64,000 nt of DNA, taken from NCBI GenBank assembly GCA_965240325.2, contig OZ251241.1, forward strand, positions 806,001 to 870,000, read 5' to 3'. The DNA is from Rebecca billardiae RCC1528 (lineage: Eukaryota > Protista > Haptophyta). A program made the translations under genes and the position numbers. Position 1 is the first letter of the stretch. Every line of letters starts with the position of its first letter. This document shows positions 32,665-46,300 of the stretch, one piece after another. The notes under the pieces are model-generated. The model was not told the origin of the DNA. It was given only the letters and a program-made list of their open reading frames with translations, and searched no databases.

Positions 32665-33453
32665 TTACTCCGAGCACGAGCCCGACTTGGACGTGAGGAT
32701 CAGGCCGACGATGAGACCGTACAGACCGAGCGCCTCCGCGAAGATCAGGATGAGCACCATGCCGACGTACAGCTTGGGCTGGTGTGCCGAGGCGCGCACG
32801 CCCGCGTCACCGACGATGCCGATGGCGATACCCGCGGCGAGGCCGCTGAGGCCGCACGCGAGGCCGCCCGACAGGTGCGCGAAGCCCTGGAAGAGCGAGT
32901 ACGACGGCTTGGCGCCCTCCGAGGGCGTGACTGCGCGGCCAAGCGAACGGCGGGCGCGGTGGAGACGGGGGCGGGGGACGCGATGCGCGCGGTCATGCGA
33001 GTGCGCGGGTGCGTGGTGTGGGCCCAGATGCCAGGGGCACACCGCCCGCGCGCTTCGCGCGCCGCCAGCGCTGCTCGCGCGGTTGCTAAGCGGGGGGGCG
33101 GCACGCACCGCCGTTGCCAATGATGACAGCAATGATGAGGCCGTAGATACCGAGCACTCCCGCCATGATAACCGGGATGATGCTCTTCATGACCAGATCC
33201 GGCTTCAACACACCCATGGACGAGATGCCGACACCACTCTTCGCAGTCCCGTACGCAGCGCCAAGGTCTGCGCAATAGGCAGGATGATGCAGGCGGGCGC
33301 GCGCTCGTCAGGCATCGCGCGCACATGGCATGGAGTGTGCGCGCCGAGCAAGCGGCGGCGCGGGCGCGTACTGGCGAAGATGAGCGCCGCGGCGGCACCC
33401 ATGAAGCCGAAGAACGGCGCCGACGGCGGGCAGAGCGGGTCGAGCTCGGGCAT
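32665..33453 (-). CDS. ATP6V0C: V-type ATPase 16 kDa proteolipid subunit c, 3 exons (33453-33372, 33267-33109, 32930-32665)
   Basis: [55 protein letters not shown] with the proton-binding Glu. Confidence 0.97.
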
Positions 33454-34869
33454 GATGTCTGCTGCTGCGGGAGGCTGCCACTTGAGCTCCTTCGGCGAAC
33501 TGCGCAGAGATCGGGGCGTCCTCGGTGCCTGGGCAGAGGCCCGCTGCCCTGCGCGGGCGCATCTGGGTCCGGGGGCGCGGCCCTTTTCATCAAAGAGTCC
33601 GGCCGACCGGCCGTGGACCCACCCGTGTCCCAAGGGTGGTCGTGTCCGGCCTTCGCAACCAAGTCTGAAATGGGTCGCAGTCCGGCGGCTCGAGCCGCGT
33701 TCGCGATTGCCCAGCGACCGGACTTCAGACTGGGAGTCGCTCGGCTGAATGACATGAGCCTTGATGGCGCACGCCCGGGATGCATGCGGCGTCGCAAGTG
33801 TTGAGGATGACGTCGAGCGCAGTCTTCCACCGCACTGACGGAAAGTGTCGAACGTCGATCGCTCCCGCCGACCAGCGCGCTTCGGGCCACTCAGCCAGTG
33901 TGTCCTAACGCGGCTTCAAAACACGGCGGAGCGTTATGACTCACCCCAATGCCGCGCGAGCGTGCAGATGCCAGCAGCTCTGTTCGACGAAGCACGGCTA
34001 ATCTAAACGTCTGGCGTAGAGCGGGCGGCTTGTCTTTAGAAACTCCAAGACGGCGCGTGCTGCGCGCCGGTGGCAAACACAATGAAACCTGACATGTCAC
34101 AACAGGTCTCCGCATCACTTGCAGTGGCGAGAGGGCTCCAGCAAATGAGAGCAAAGTAGGGGTGCGCAGGAGGAGCGGAAGAACATACTCTCGGCCGTAC
34201 TATGTACGAGAATTACCGTTTCCGGCTTGCGGTCGTCAGCGGGCGCATGCTTTGCGAGCGTGTCACACTGTCAGATGCATGCGTTCATCGGCGCAACTTC
34301 AAGTGAACCTGCTGCTTGCACTACGCTCGTTTTCAAAGCGCGACAGCTGGTTCGAGCTCCGTAGCCGGACATGTCTCTTAGATTGCTCTGAGGACTATGC
34401 CCGGCTCGGCGTGACGCGCATCGCCCGCCCATCACTGCCGCACTCGCTTCCCCGGCCAAGCTAGTGAATCTTGCACTCACCCCGACAATGCACGGACACG
34501 ATACTGTAGGGCAGTAGAGCGCGCGAGCGATGCACTGTACCGTGCTCGTAGCTCACCCTAGCGTCTACAACAGGCCAGCACAAAGCCCTTGGCCCTTCAG
34601 ACTCGCGACGTCACAAGGAACCACCAGCCAACGGTCGGGCGAGCTGGTGGTCATTGCGCCTTGACGGCCGACGGCATCGGCCGGGGTGACGACGTCGAGA
34701 GATTCCAGGCAGACTTTAAAAAAAATGGAAGATGGGTGGCGAGCGGGGCGGCGGCCCAGCACCACCGACCACAAACGCCGACGACAGCAAGCAGCCGAGT
34801 TTCGACACCGACATTACTACGGCCCGACCTGTTTCATGCGCAGTGTTTCGAGTTCATCAGCAGCGCGTA

Positions 34870-35000
34870 GCGGGCGTCAATCTCGCCTGCCTGAGCTGTG
34901 TGCGTCTCTTATTCTTAGTAAACTGTAAAACATAGTAAACTGTACAGTTTACTAAGAATAAGAGACGCACACAGCTCAGGCAGGCGAGATTGACGCCCGC
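34870..35000. repeat. Two inverted 58-nt copies of a short dispersed repeat with a 15-nt spacer
   Basis: Arm 34870-34927 is the exact reverse complement of 34943-35000. Confidence 0.95.
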
Positions 35001-35273
35001 CAACTGTCACCGCCCATGAAGCCGTCGCCGATGGTAGCGCCGCCGGAAAAACGGTAACGAGGCGATAACTTTGGTGCACGTGCGGGTAGATTTCGCGCAG
35101 CAAGATCCCTTTTCTGGGCCCTGGCCTACTCATCAGCAACCTCTCGTCAACTCATCGAATCATCGATAGAATGATGTGGGTGCAAGGGGTCTTACAAATA
35201 ACCCGTGGGTGGGTTGTTGGCGCAAGGTTCTCCCACGCCTCTCGGCACTCGGCAGCGGCGAGTTGAAGATTCC

Positions 35274-36353
35274 AAGGGTGGTCAGGGTCGCCGACTCCAG
35301 CGGAGTCCGGCGCCGGAGCTTCGCTTACAGATTTTTGCAGCGGAGCGGCGCGCGCGGCCGCCGCCGCTGCGGTGGGCCGCTCGGGACGTGCACGGCGTGG
35401 GCTCGTGCGGCCGCTGCCGCGCACGCCGAGCGATCTGGCGCGGTGTCGCGGCTGGTTGATGGCCTCGCGCGCCCCAGCGCGCCGCGCGCCTTGCCTGACT
35501 TCGCCTGTCTCGCGCCTTGGCCGCCGTGCACTCATGCGCCGCCAAACCGCAAGCTCGGCATACCTCTCAGCCGAGCGTGCACGTGCCTTGCGCGACGCGA
35601 CGCGGGCATTGCCGCCGGGCGATGTAGGCGTAGTGTGAGCGCGCGCCGTGAAGCCTCGGCGCGGATCGAGAACAATGAAATGATGCCGCGTACGCGCGTG
35701 GACCGTCTGTTCGTTGAGCAGTGCAGAAAGCTGCACGACTGACTCTCTTGCCGGGGCGATCGTCACGTCGCATCGTCACGCAAGGCTCACACACACGTCA
35801 TAGTGGCCTTCGTCGTTTTGGCTACAACGCTCGACTAGAGTTCACGAGTCGCAGCGTCGCGATATCCCATCGTTCAACGGAGGACCGTGGTGATGTCCAT
35901 TGGTGGTTGATGCGTCAGCAGTTGTCGACCGAGCTGACCGAGACGTTGAAGACACTCTCGATCCGCGCCGAGGCTTCACGGCGCGCGCTCACACTACGCC
36001 TACATCGCCCGGCGGCAATGCCCGCGTCGCGTCGCGCAAGGCACGTGCACGCTCGGCTGAGAGGTATGCCGAGCTTGCGGTTTGGCGGCGCATGAGTGCA
36101 CGGCGGCCAAGGCGCGAGACAGGCGAAGTCAGGCAAGGCGCGCGGCGCGCTGGGGCGCGCGAGGCCATCAACCAGCAGCGACACCGCGCCAGATCGCTCG
36201 GCGTGCGCGGCAGCGGCCGCACGAGCCCACGCCGTGCACGTCCCGAGCGGCCCGCCGCAGCGGCGGCGGCCGCGCGCGCCGCTCCGCTGCAAAAATCTGT
36301 AAGCGAAGCTCCGGCGCCGGACTCCGCTGGAGTCGGCGACCCTGACCACCCTT
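35274..36353. mobile_element. 1,080-bp foldback/Mutator-like non-autonomous element, 398-bp TIRs, 9-bp TSD GAAGATTCC
   Basis: TIRs 35274-35671 and 35956-36353 (two mismatches seen); TSD at 35265-35273 and 36354-36362. Confidence 0.92.
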
Positions 36354-36450
36354 GAAGATTCCCTCGTCGAGAAGCTACGACGCGATTTTGCGAGCGGGTC
36401 CACCGTCCGTGGAAGGTGCATCAGCCAGCAGCTCGCGCAGGTCTCCACGG

Positions 36451-39400
36451 ATGTCGCCGCCGGGCGTCGCGACTACGCCTGGCACGAAGGCCGCGATGAC
36501 TACGGGCCCCGCCGAGCCCCCGCCGGCCGGCCCGATCGACCGCATCAAGCGCGCCCTGGACCTTGAGCGCTGGTTCGAGCGCATGGCCGAGGTGATCGTG
36601 AAGCACCCGCTCAAGTTCATCTTGCTCTCGGCTTTGCTCACCGGCCTCGCCGCGTCGGGCAACCGCGTGCTGCAGAACGAGACGCGGCCGGACAAGCAGT
36701 GGGTGCCGCGCGGCGCGACCGCCCTCGAGCACAAGGAGTACGTCGACTCCACCTGGCCCGGCGAGCTCTCGTTCAACGTGTTCATCGCGACGCCGAAGAA
36801 GGCGGGCGACAACCTGCTCTCCGCAAAGTACGTGCGCGAGCTCAGCGCGATCGACGACCGGATCAAGAAGCTGGTGGTGGACGGCGACGCGGTGAAGAGC
36901 GCGCTCTACCCCGACCTCTCCGACGCCGCGTACGAGGACTTCGCCGGCCGCTGGACGTACGACGAGACGGACGCGGACGACGACGAGGGCGACGTGCTGC
37001 GGCAGAAGTGCTTCGCGTTCGGCCCGACGTGCGGCCAGCTCTCGCTGCTCGAGGTGTTCGGGTACGACGGGGCGGTGATCGAGCGCGTCGAGGACGACGA
37101 CGTGCTCGGCGCCGTCAACTTCTGGGGCGACCAGAAGCGCCGCTGCCCCGTGAGCATCGCGTTCTCGAGCTCGCCGTGCCGCGACGCGAGCGAGTGGGTG
37201 TCTGGCGCCAACGAGGACGCGTGCCAGGAGCTCGAGACGTCGGCGGACCGGCTGGCGTGCGGGAGCGCGGTGACGGCGTACTGCAACGAGACCTGCCCCG
37301 ACGCGCGCGCCGACTCGTGCGAGGACAAGGGCTGCGCCTCGGCCAGCGGCTTTGCGGCGCTCTCGGCCGCGACTGCGAACGGCGGCCGGCCGGCGGCGGC
37401 CGAGCTCGAGCCCTTCCAGATCGACACGGTGGCGTCGTCGGGCGCGACGGGGCCGGCGAAGGAGAACGGGCGGATCGCGGGCGCCAAGGCGGTGCGCGGC
37501 GCGTACTACCTGCAGCGCGCCGAGCTCGTCGTCGAGGGCGACGCGGAGGACCCGATCTCAGACGAATGGGAGCGACTGGCGCTGTGCGAGCTCGGCATCC
37601 CGGCGGGCGACTTCACCGCCGCTGACTGCCCCGGCTCGGAGCTGCTGACGTTCACGGCGACGTTCTCGCGCTCGCTCGGCGACGAGTTCGGCTCGGCGAT
37701 CCAGGCGGACATCGCCTCGCTCGGCATCGCGTACGTCGGCATCCTGCTGTACATGGCGCTGATGCTCTCGGCGTGCGACCCGGTACACTCGATGCTCGGC
37801 ATGTCGATCGTGACGGTGCTGATCGTGCTGATGGCGTTCGGCTCGTGCCTCGGGCTGGGCGGGTACTTCGGGCTGTTCAACAACAACCTGAACAACAACA
37901 TCCCCTTCCTGCTGCTCGGCCTCGGCGTCGACGACGCCTTCGTCCTCGCCGGCGAGTACGCGCGCGCCACGCTGGGCGACCCGAGCGCGACGCCCGAGCA
38001 GCGCGTGGTCTCGGCGGTGAAGTACGGCGGCGTGAGCATCCTGATCACGTCGCTCACGGACGGGCTGGCGTTCCTCGTCGGCTCGAACACGGACCTGCCC
38101 GCGCTCTCGTGGTTCTGCGCCTTCGCCGGCATCGGCGTCTTCTTCACCTTCATCTTCCAGCTCACCTTCTTCGTGCCGTTCCTGTTGCTCAACGCCAAGC
38201 GCGCCGAGGCAAACCGGTACGACCTGCTCTGCTGCGCCAAGTCGAGCAAGGAGCACGCGTTCGACGAGCCGCAGGGCGGGTGCTGCTTCTTCTCGTGCTG
38301 CGGGATCAAGGTGCGCACCGGCGTGCTCGAGCAGGCGCTCGGCCGCTTCGGCCGCGCCATCATGACCAAGCCGGGCAAGGTGAGCGTCCTGGCCATCTTT
38401 GCGACGCTGCTCTCGGTTGGCATCGTCGGCTGCACGCGCATCACAAAGGACTTCCAGCTCGAGTGGTTCATCCCGGACGACTCGTAAGCGCGGCGCGCGC
38501 GCGCGAGAGAGAGGGATTCGAAGCGGGGCCGCGGCGCCGTGTCGCGCGCCGCGCGCCGCACGCCGCACACCGCACACCGCCGCACGCGCGCCCACCCGTC
38601 GCTCACGCACGCGCTCTCGCGCGCCCGCCCGCCCGCCCGCCCGCGCGCGCGCCCGGCTGCAGCTACGTGAAGACGTTCATCGCGCAGAACGACGAGTACT
38701 TCAGCGGCGGCTCGCCCTTCTCGGTGTACACGCAGGAGATGGACTACTTCCGCTCGCAGGGCGCCCTCTCCGAGCTGGGCGACTTCCTCCGCGACTCCAA
38801 GTACGTCGACCAGGACGAGGACATCGACGACTGGGCCCGGGAGTTCAAGGCGTACGCGAAGTCGCTGCCGCAGGCGGAGGCGGAGGATTGGCTGGACAAC
38901 GACGGGCACTTCAAGGACGGCGGGACGTACTACGAGCAGCTCGTGCGGTGGTACCACGGCGCGGGCAGCGCGTTCCGCTCCTCCATCCAGTTCGTCGACA
39001 CCGACTGCGACAACGCCAACCGCTGGCCAGACTGCAAGCCGGGCGAGGGCGTCGCCGCGTCCAAGCTGGGCGCCACGCTCGCGCTGCAGTTCACGCAGAC
39101 CGGCGTCGACCGGTACAACACGATGGTGGCGCTGCGCGAGCAGGTGGGCGCGATCATCCCGACCGCGTTCCCGTACTCCATCCAGTTCATCTTCTGGGAG
39201 GAGATCGGCACGATCGACGTCGAGCTCACGCGCAACCTGCTGATCTGCGGCGTGGTCATCCTGTGCGTCGTCTTCCTCCTGATCCCGCAGAAGCGCTCGG
39301 CGGTGCGCGCGCGGCCGCGCGTGCGCCGTGGCGCGCGCGCGCTGTCGTCGGCCGTGCCGCGCGCGCGAGCGCGCGAGCACCGCGCGCGGGCGCGGGCGCT

Positions 39401-39982
39401 GGCTGGGCTGGCACACGCCGCGCGCCGACACGCCTCCGCCTCCGCCCTCGCCGCCGCCCCCGCGGCACCGCGCAGGTGTTTGTGATCCTGGCGATCTTCA
39501 TGTCCGTGGTCGACCTGGTGGGCTTTTTGTACTGGTGGGATGTGACCATCTCGTCGGTCTCGACGATCTACATCCTGATCTCGGTGGGGCTGGCGGTGGA
39601 CTACTCCGCGCACATCGCGCACATGTTCGTCGTGTCCGAGGGCAGCGCGGACGAGCGCGCCGTGCGCGCGCTCGAGCGCATCGGCCCGTCGGTCTTCAAC
39701 GCGGTCTGCTCGACGATGATCGCCGTGCTCGTGCTCTCCACCTCGCAGTCGTACATCTTCCGGACCTTCTTCAAGGCGCTCTTCCTCACCGTCGCGATCG
39801 GCGGCGTGCACGGCCTGGTGCTGCTGCCCGTGCTGCTCTCGCTCTTCGGCGGGGCGAAGGCGGAGGAGGGGAGCGCCGAGGCACCGGCTGCGCCCGTGCC
39901 CGCCGCCAAGGCGCCGCCCACGGCGGACGTGGAGCTCGAGAACGCCGTCGAGGACGTTGGCGGCAGTAACTACAAGGAATAG
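36451..39982 (+). CDS. Patched/NPC1-family sterol-sensing RND membrane protein, 3 exons (36451-38483, 38663-39302, 39476-39982)
   Basis: PFLLLGLGVDDAF, SILITSLTD, ISVGLAVDYSAHI, GLVLLPVLLS; Cys-rich lumenal loop. Confidence 0.92.
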
Positions 39983-40384
39983 GCTGCGCTGCTGCTAAGT
40001 CACCGTCGATCCGCCTGCTCGCGTCATCATCATATACATATATCAGCAGCAGCGCGCGGTGCCATCGATCGTCTCCGCAGCGGTGCACGCCAGCAGATCG
40101 ACTATATATTAATAATTAAATTTTCAAAATAATAAGCAGCGTATATATATTAAAATAATATTATTATTTATTACAATTCGACACTGCTGACAGCCGCCCA
40201 CGCCACCGGCACCGGCCGTCATCACTGATTCACTGCGAGTGCGACCGCCGGCAGATCAGACCTGCGCTGATGGTGAATGCAGAATGAAGAGAGCGCGCGC
40301 ATACCCCCGGCCCCATCGAATAATTTCTGTACGACCTGCTGATCACATCATCGTCATCATCGTGTTGCGCAACGTTGAGAGACT

Positions 40385-43300
40385 TCACGTGGTGCCTGCG
40401 CCGGCGCCGCCGCGCGATGACGACTCGAGGAACCTCGTGGCAGCCGCCTGCCCAAGCGAGGCGGACAGCGCGGCCAGGCGGGCGCTGGCGCTCACGAGCT
40501 CCGCGTGGCCGAGCGCGGGCGAGCACGGCACCCCGTGCGCGACGCAGCGCTCGAGCTCAGCGAGCGCGCTGAGCAGCCGCTCAACAGCTGCGCGCTCGGC
40601 GGCAAGCGCCTCGGGGCCAGGCGGGTCGGCGTGCTCCGCGGCCACCGCAGGTGCACAAGCGACGGCGGCGGCAGCCTGGTCGGCAGCAGCTGCTGCGGCT
40701 GGCACGCTGACCGCAGGCGTGGCCTCGCTCGCTCCCGAATCAGCGGCCGGCGCGCGCTCGCGCGCCGCGTCGGGCGCAAGTGGCTGTGGCAGCGGCAGCG
40801 CAGCGCAGGGGCCAGGGCGCGCAGGGCCGCCGGCTCGGCGCACGGCGCGGGCGCGCGCGCGCAGGGCGCGCGATCCGACGCCGCGCGTCGCGCGCGTCGG
40901 CGCGCTCGCGGCCCGCACCTGCGTCGGCGGCGCCGCTGGTGCCTGGAAGGACTCGGGAGTGGGCGTGGCTGCAGCGATGCGAGCCTCCGCGTCAGCCGGC
41001 GGCGCGACCTGGCCGCCGTGGCCCCGCTCGGCAGCATCGGCCTCGTCCGCGCGCGCGGCCGGCGCCGCCTCCGCCTCCGCCGAACCGCCCGGCGGCGCGT
41101 CATCCGCTGCGCCGCCATGCCCACCACCGTCACCCTCGCACACGCCCGCGCCCTCCGCCTCGGCCGCGGCCACGGGGCGCGCTCCGGCCTCGCGCGGCGC
41201 GCTGGGAGGCGGCGGCGGCGTGCTTGGCGGCGGCGGCGGGATGAGCTCAAAGTTCTGCGTGTCCTGCGCGCGCGGCGGCGCAGGGCGGTGCAGGCAGACA
41301 GGCAGGCAGACAGGCAGGCAGGCAGACACGACAGCGAGACAGGCAGACACGAGAGCGCAGCGTGCGCGCAGTAGCGTGCGCGCGCGACCGCGGCACGCAC
41401 GGGCGGCGGTGGTCAGTCTGCGCTCGCTCGGGGCACGCGCGCTGCGGCGGCGGCGCGGCCGCCGGCTTGGGGCGCGGCGGCGCGGCCGCCGCGCGCACGG
41501 CGCCACGCGCCCACCTCCAGGTCCAGCACGGCGCCGTGGGCGCGCGCCAGCTCGGCGGGCGCCAGCTCGGCCAGGTGAGCCAGCGTCTGCACCGCGCGAG
41601 CGCCGCGCGAGCGGCGCGGCGGCGCTGCCGGGACGGGTGGTGCTCGCACGCGGGCGGCGGCCGCGCTGGCGGGGGGCGGCGGTGGCTGCGCGAGCGCGGC
41701 GGCGGGTGGCTTCGCGCGCGGCGCGGGCTGCGCCGGCGGCACAGGTGGCGCGCCGATCGGCATGCTCACCGCGCGCAGCGCACCGCTGCCGCCGCCCTGC
41801 GCGCCGCCCCGCGCCGCACTGGCATGGATCTCGGGACCGCCGAGCCCGGCGGCCATGCTGTCGAGAGGTCGGCTCATCAGCGCGCGGTGCGCGGTGCGTC
41901 GCGCGCGCGCGAGCGCCGCCGCGTCCTCCGGCTCTGCCGCCTCGCGCGAGCGCTTGCGCGCGCCCTCGCCCTCCGCTTCGTCAGCAGCTGACGCGGCGGC
42001 GGCGCCGGCTGATGGCGGGCGCTGCCGCTCGGCGCCCGCAGCGGCGGGCGCGGCGGCTGAGCCGCCGCCGGTCGGCTGGACGGCGGCGGCGGCAGCGGCG
42101 GCGGCCGCCGCTGCGGGCGTGTCCGCGAGCGCGGCCGCTGCGTGCGGCCGCGGCGCAGCGCCATCCGCAGCGCTCGCCGGCTGCGCCTTCTCCTCCCTGC
42201 CGAGGGCGCGGCCCACGGCCGCGCTCACATCTCGCACCGCAGCCGCCGTGCGCTCGGCGCCGCTGGGCAATCCGTCCGCGCCGCCGGCTGGCGCGCGCAC
42301 GCAGACCAGCAGGCGCTCGACGAGGCGCAGCAGCGTGCCCGCGGCGGCGAGCGCGTCAGGCGACGGCGCCGGCGCCGGCGCCGCGCTCGGGCCACCGCCC
42401 CCGGTCGCCGAGGCGGGGCCGCCCGCCGCGCCGCCCGCACCACCCAAGGAGAGCGCCGCCGCGGCCGTCGCCGCCGCGGCGCCGCGGCGCCGCGGCGTTG
42501 TGAAAGGCTCTGACACGGGCTGAGCGGCGCGCGCGGCGGCGCCTCCGGACACGGCCGACGCGAGGGCGGGCGCGCTGAGAGCGAGCGCCATCCTCGCCAG
42601 AAGGAGCACGCCGGCCGCGCCCGCGCGCGCGCTCAGCGCGTGGAGCGCTGCTGAGTCGGGTGCCGCCGGGCCGCAGCCACCGCCGCAGCCACCGCCGCCG
42701 TCCGCGACGGCGGAGGCTGGCGGCGGTGGCGGTTCAAGCTCGGCGCTTGCGCTCGTCTGCGCAGCGGCCCGCGCCGCCTCGGCCGCGGCCGTCGCGGTCA
42801 ACTCGAGCAGATGGCGGCAGAGGCTGTCGCGCAGCTGCGCCGCTGCACACGCGGCGCTGGCCGCGGCACGCGCCGCGCCGTCGCCGCCGCCCGCGGGCGC
42901 GAGCGGCGAGCGCGCCGGCGCGCCCGGCTGCGTGCAGCGCGCGAGAAGGGCGGCCCACTCCGCCCACACCCACTCCGCCATCATCTGCTGCTGCACGGCG
43001 GCTGGGACGCTGTCGGCGTCGCCACCGCCGACACTCGCACTCGGCGCCGCCGAGCCAGCTCCGTCGTCGGTCGGGCGCGGCGCCGCCGAGGCCGCCGCGC
43101 CGGGCGCACTCTGCGGTTGGCTCGATCCCTCGGCGTGCGCGGCGCTGGCGCTGCGCGCCGCCGCGTACCCGAGCGCCGCGCCTGTCGCGCTGAGCCAGCC
43201 GTGGCCCGCCCACTGCGCGGGGCACAGCACGCAGCAGAGCAGCGCGTGCCGCGCGCGCACGCCGTGCTGCACGCAGCGCGCGCCGCTGAGCGCCGCCGGC

Positions 43301-46300
43301 GGGAGCGCGCGCGCGAGCGCGTGCCACGCAAGCCACGCGCCGGCGGGCGGCGGCGGAGCCTCCGACTTTGACGCGCTCGCCGTGTCACCGCCAGCCGCAG
43401 CGCCGCCGCCGCCGATCAGCCGCAGCAGCGCCCACGCCGCGGGCAGGGGCTCCCGCGCGGGCAGCGCGCACGTGCCCACGCGCGCCCAGAGCGCGGCGCT
43501 CAGCGCGGCGCCACGCTCGGGCGTGGGCGGCGCCGCGGCCGCGCGCACGCCAGCGGCGCGCTCGCCCGCGCCCGCGCCCGGGCCTCCGTCCGTGGGCGAG
43601 AAGAGTGGAAGCGCGGCCGTCGCGTCGAGCTGCGAGGCCGGCGGCGTGGGCGCGGATCGATCTGAGCCGGCGGCTGCAGCCACGGCCGCCGACGCCACCG
43701 ACCCACGCGCCGCCGCGCGCACACGGGCGCGCAGCGCCACCAGGTCGTCGTCGTCGCCGTCGAGATCGGCGCCGAGATCGAGATCGGCGCCGAGATGCAC
43801 GTCGGGCGGCGCCGCCGCACCGGCGCGCGCCGCGCGCGCGCCGAGCCACTCGCTGACGAGCGCGTGCGCGAGGGAGCGGTGCGGCTGGACCTCCTCCGAG
43901 CCAAGGCCGCTGCCGCTGGCGCCGAGGCCCGGTGCAGCGCCCGGCTCGGCCGCGGTCCCCCTCGGCGGCTGCGAGGTCGAGCGGGGCAGCGGCGCGCCGC
44001 CGGCCGCACCACCGCCCTCTGCCGGCAGCCCCACTACTGACCAGAGCGCGCGCGGCGGCAGCAGCGTCAGCGCGTCGAGCAGGAGCGCGCGCGCGTGCGC
44101 CTCCGACGCACGGCGCGCGTGCGTGCCACCCGCGGGGTCGCGCGCGCCCTGCGGCGTGCGCGCGACGTGCGCGAGGGCAGCGACGACCACAGCGAGCATC
44201 CGAGCGTGCGCGTGCGCGCCGCGACACCCCGCCGCGCCGCCGCCCGTCTTCGCCGCCGCCATTGCTCCCAGCAGGGCACGCCACGCGCGGCGCGCGGCCG
44301 CGTGGAGCTCACCACAGGCGGCGGCGGCGGCGGCGAAGACGGGCGGCGTCAAGGAGGCGCGCGTGCCGCCTGCGCGCGCGCCCGCCGGCGTGCCCGGCGA
44401 CGGCGCGTGCGCCTGACGCTCACACTCCGTGGGCGTGGGCGGTGTGAAGGCCTCGTGCGCGGCGCACGCGCCCTCCTCCGCACTGGCGGCCGAGCCGCCG
44501 TCCGCCACGCCAGGGGCGAGGGCGACGGCCACCGCCTTGGTCAGCGCGCTCAGCTCCGCGCTGCCGAGGCGGTGCGTCGGCGCCGGCGCGTCGGCGCCGG
44601 CAGTGGCGGCACCGTCGGCGGGCGCGGCGCCAGCATCGTCCTCTGCCGCCGCGCCCTTGGCCGCGCCCGCGCCCGCGCCCACGACGCACGCGATGGCCTC
44701 GCACGCGTGTGCGCGCACGCGCGCGTCCGCGTCGGCGCAGAGGGTGGGCAGCACGTGCAGCAGCAGAGCCAGCGCCGCGGAGGACGCGCCTCCACGCTCG
44801 GCGCCGCTCTCGACGACCAAGCCGACGAGGACGCTGAAGGCGCGCGCGGCCGCGGCGCGCACGCGCGCGCTCGCCGCGCGCGCCTCTGCGGCTCCTGCCT
44901 CAACCTCGTCGGTGCGCACGCCGCCGCGCGGCGTCGCCGCCGCCGCCATCGCCGCGTCGAGCGCGCCCTCGCACGCCGGCAGCGCGCCCACGCCGCCGCT
45001 GCCCCCCGGCTTGAGCTCGGGCGCGCCGAGGAGGTGCGCGAGAGGCCGGAGCAGCAGGGCGAGCCAGTTAGCAGAGCGAATGGCGCCGATGCGCTGCGCG
45101 GCGGTGCCGAGCGCGCACCACGCGCTGAGCAGCTGCTCGGCGACCGCGGCGCGCTCGGCGGCGGCGCCCGGCACCGCGGCGGCTGCCTTGCGCAACGCCG
45201 CCGCCGAGACGAACGAGCTCGCGTGCGCCGGCACGCTCAGCAGCGAGCGCTGCCCTTGCAGGTTTACCACCTCGCGGCTCAGGACGTGCGCAGCGCGCGC
45301 GCCCGCGCCGCCGCCGTCGCGCCCAGAGATTAGCGTCACCAGTGCCGCCCACAGCCGCAGCCGCAGCCGCCACTCCGCGCAGCGTGCGCGCTCGGCCTCG
45401 AGCGTCGGCTGCGTGCCCGAGCCGTCGGCGCCGCCGCCGCGCGCCGCGCCAGAGCTCACGGGCGCGTTGAGGGCGAGAATGGTCGCGCGGCCGTGCGCAA
45501 GGCGCTGCGCCGGCGGCGCCGCGGGCGCGGCGGCGGCCACGCCCGCCGCGGCGTCCACCGTGGCGCTCGTCTGGGCGCCGGCCGCGTCGGCCGCCGCTCG
45601 CGCGCGCTTGCGCGGCAGCGCAGGCAGCTCGGCGGCCGCGGGCGCGCCGGCGGCCGGCCCTGTCTGCAGCAGCGCGGCGATGAGCGCGCGCGAGAGGCCA
45701 ATGGGGATCAGACCCACGCGCGCGCACACGGTCTCGAGCAGCGCAAGGGCGGCGCGCCGGCTCTGCTGCGGGCCCTGCGCCGCGCGCGCGCACGCGGCGA
45801 GCAGCCAGTCGCAGCACGCGTCCAGCTCGGCGGCGGGCGCGTCGGCGGGCGCCGCCGATCCGGCCGCAGAGGCAGCGGCCTCGCGTTGCCCCGAGCCAGC
45901 GGCCGCACCGGGCGCAGCGCCGAGCAGCGCGCGCAGCCGCGCGCACTCGGCGCGAGGCGCGACCCGCGCGTCGGCCGACGGCGGCGTGCTGCCGCCAGCC
46001 CGAGCGCCGTCGTCTGCGCCGCACAGCTGGTCAAGCAGGTGCTGCATGGCCTGCGCGGACGAGCGGGGCAGCGCGCGAGCGCGAGGCGCCGCGAGCGCGC
46101 GGCGGCGCGGCGGCGGGCTCATCTCGTGAGTCGGGCGCGCGTGCATGCGCGCGCGGGGGGGGGGGGCGGGGGGCGCGCGCTGCGCGCGCCTGGATGGCGG
46201 TGTGCGCTGTCGAGTCGGCGGTGCCGTCCTTGCTGAGCACCTCGGCCAATCCAGCGAGCAGCGAAGCGGCCTCGGCCGCCGCGGCGCCGCGCAGCCGCTG

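Noticed and set aside
33890-34860. Short ORFs upstream of V-ATPase c
   Set aside because: No homology cues or codon bias
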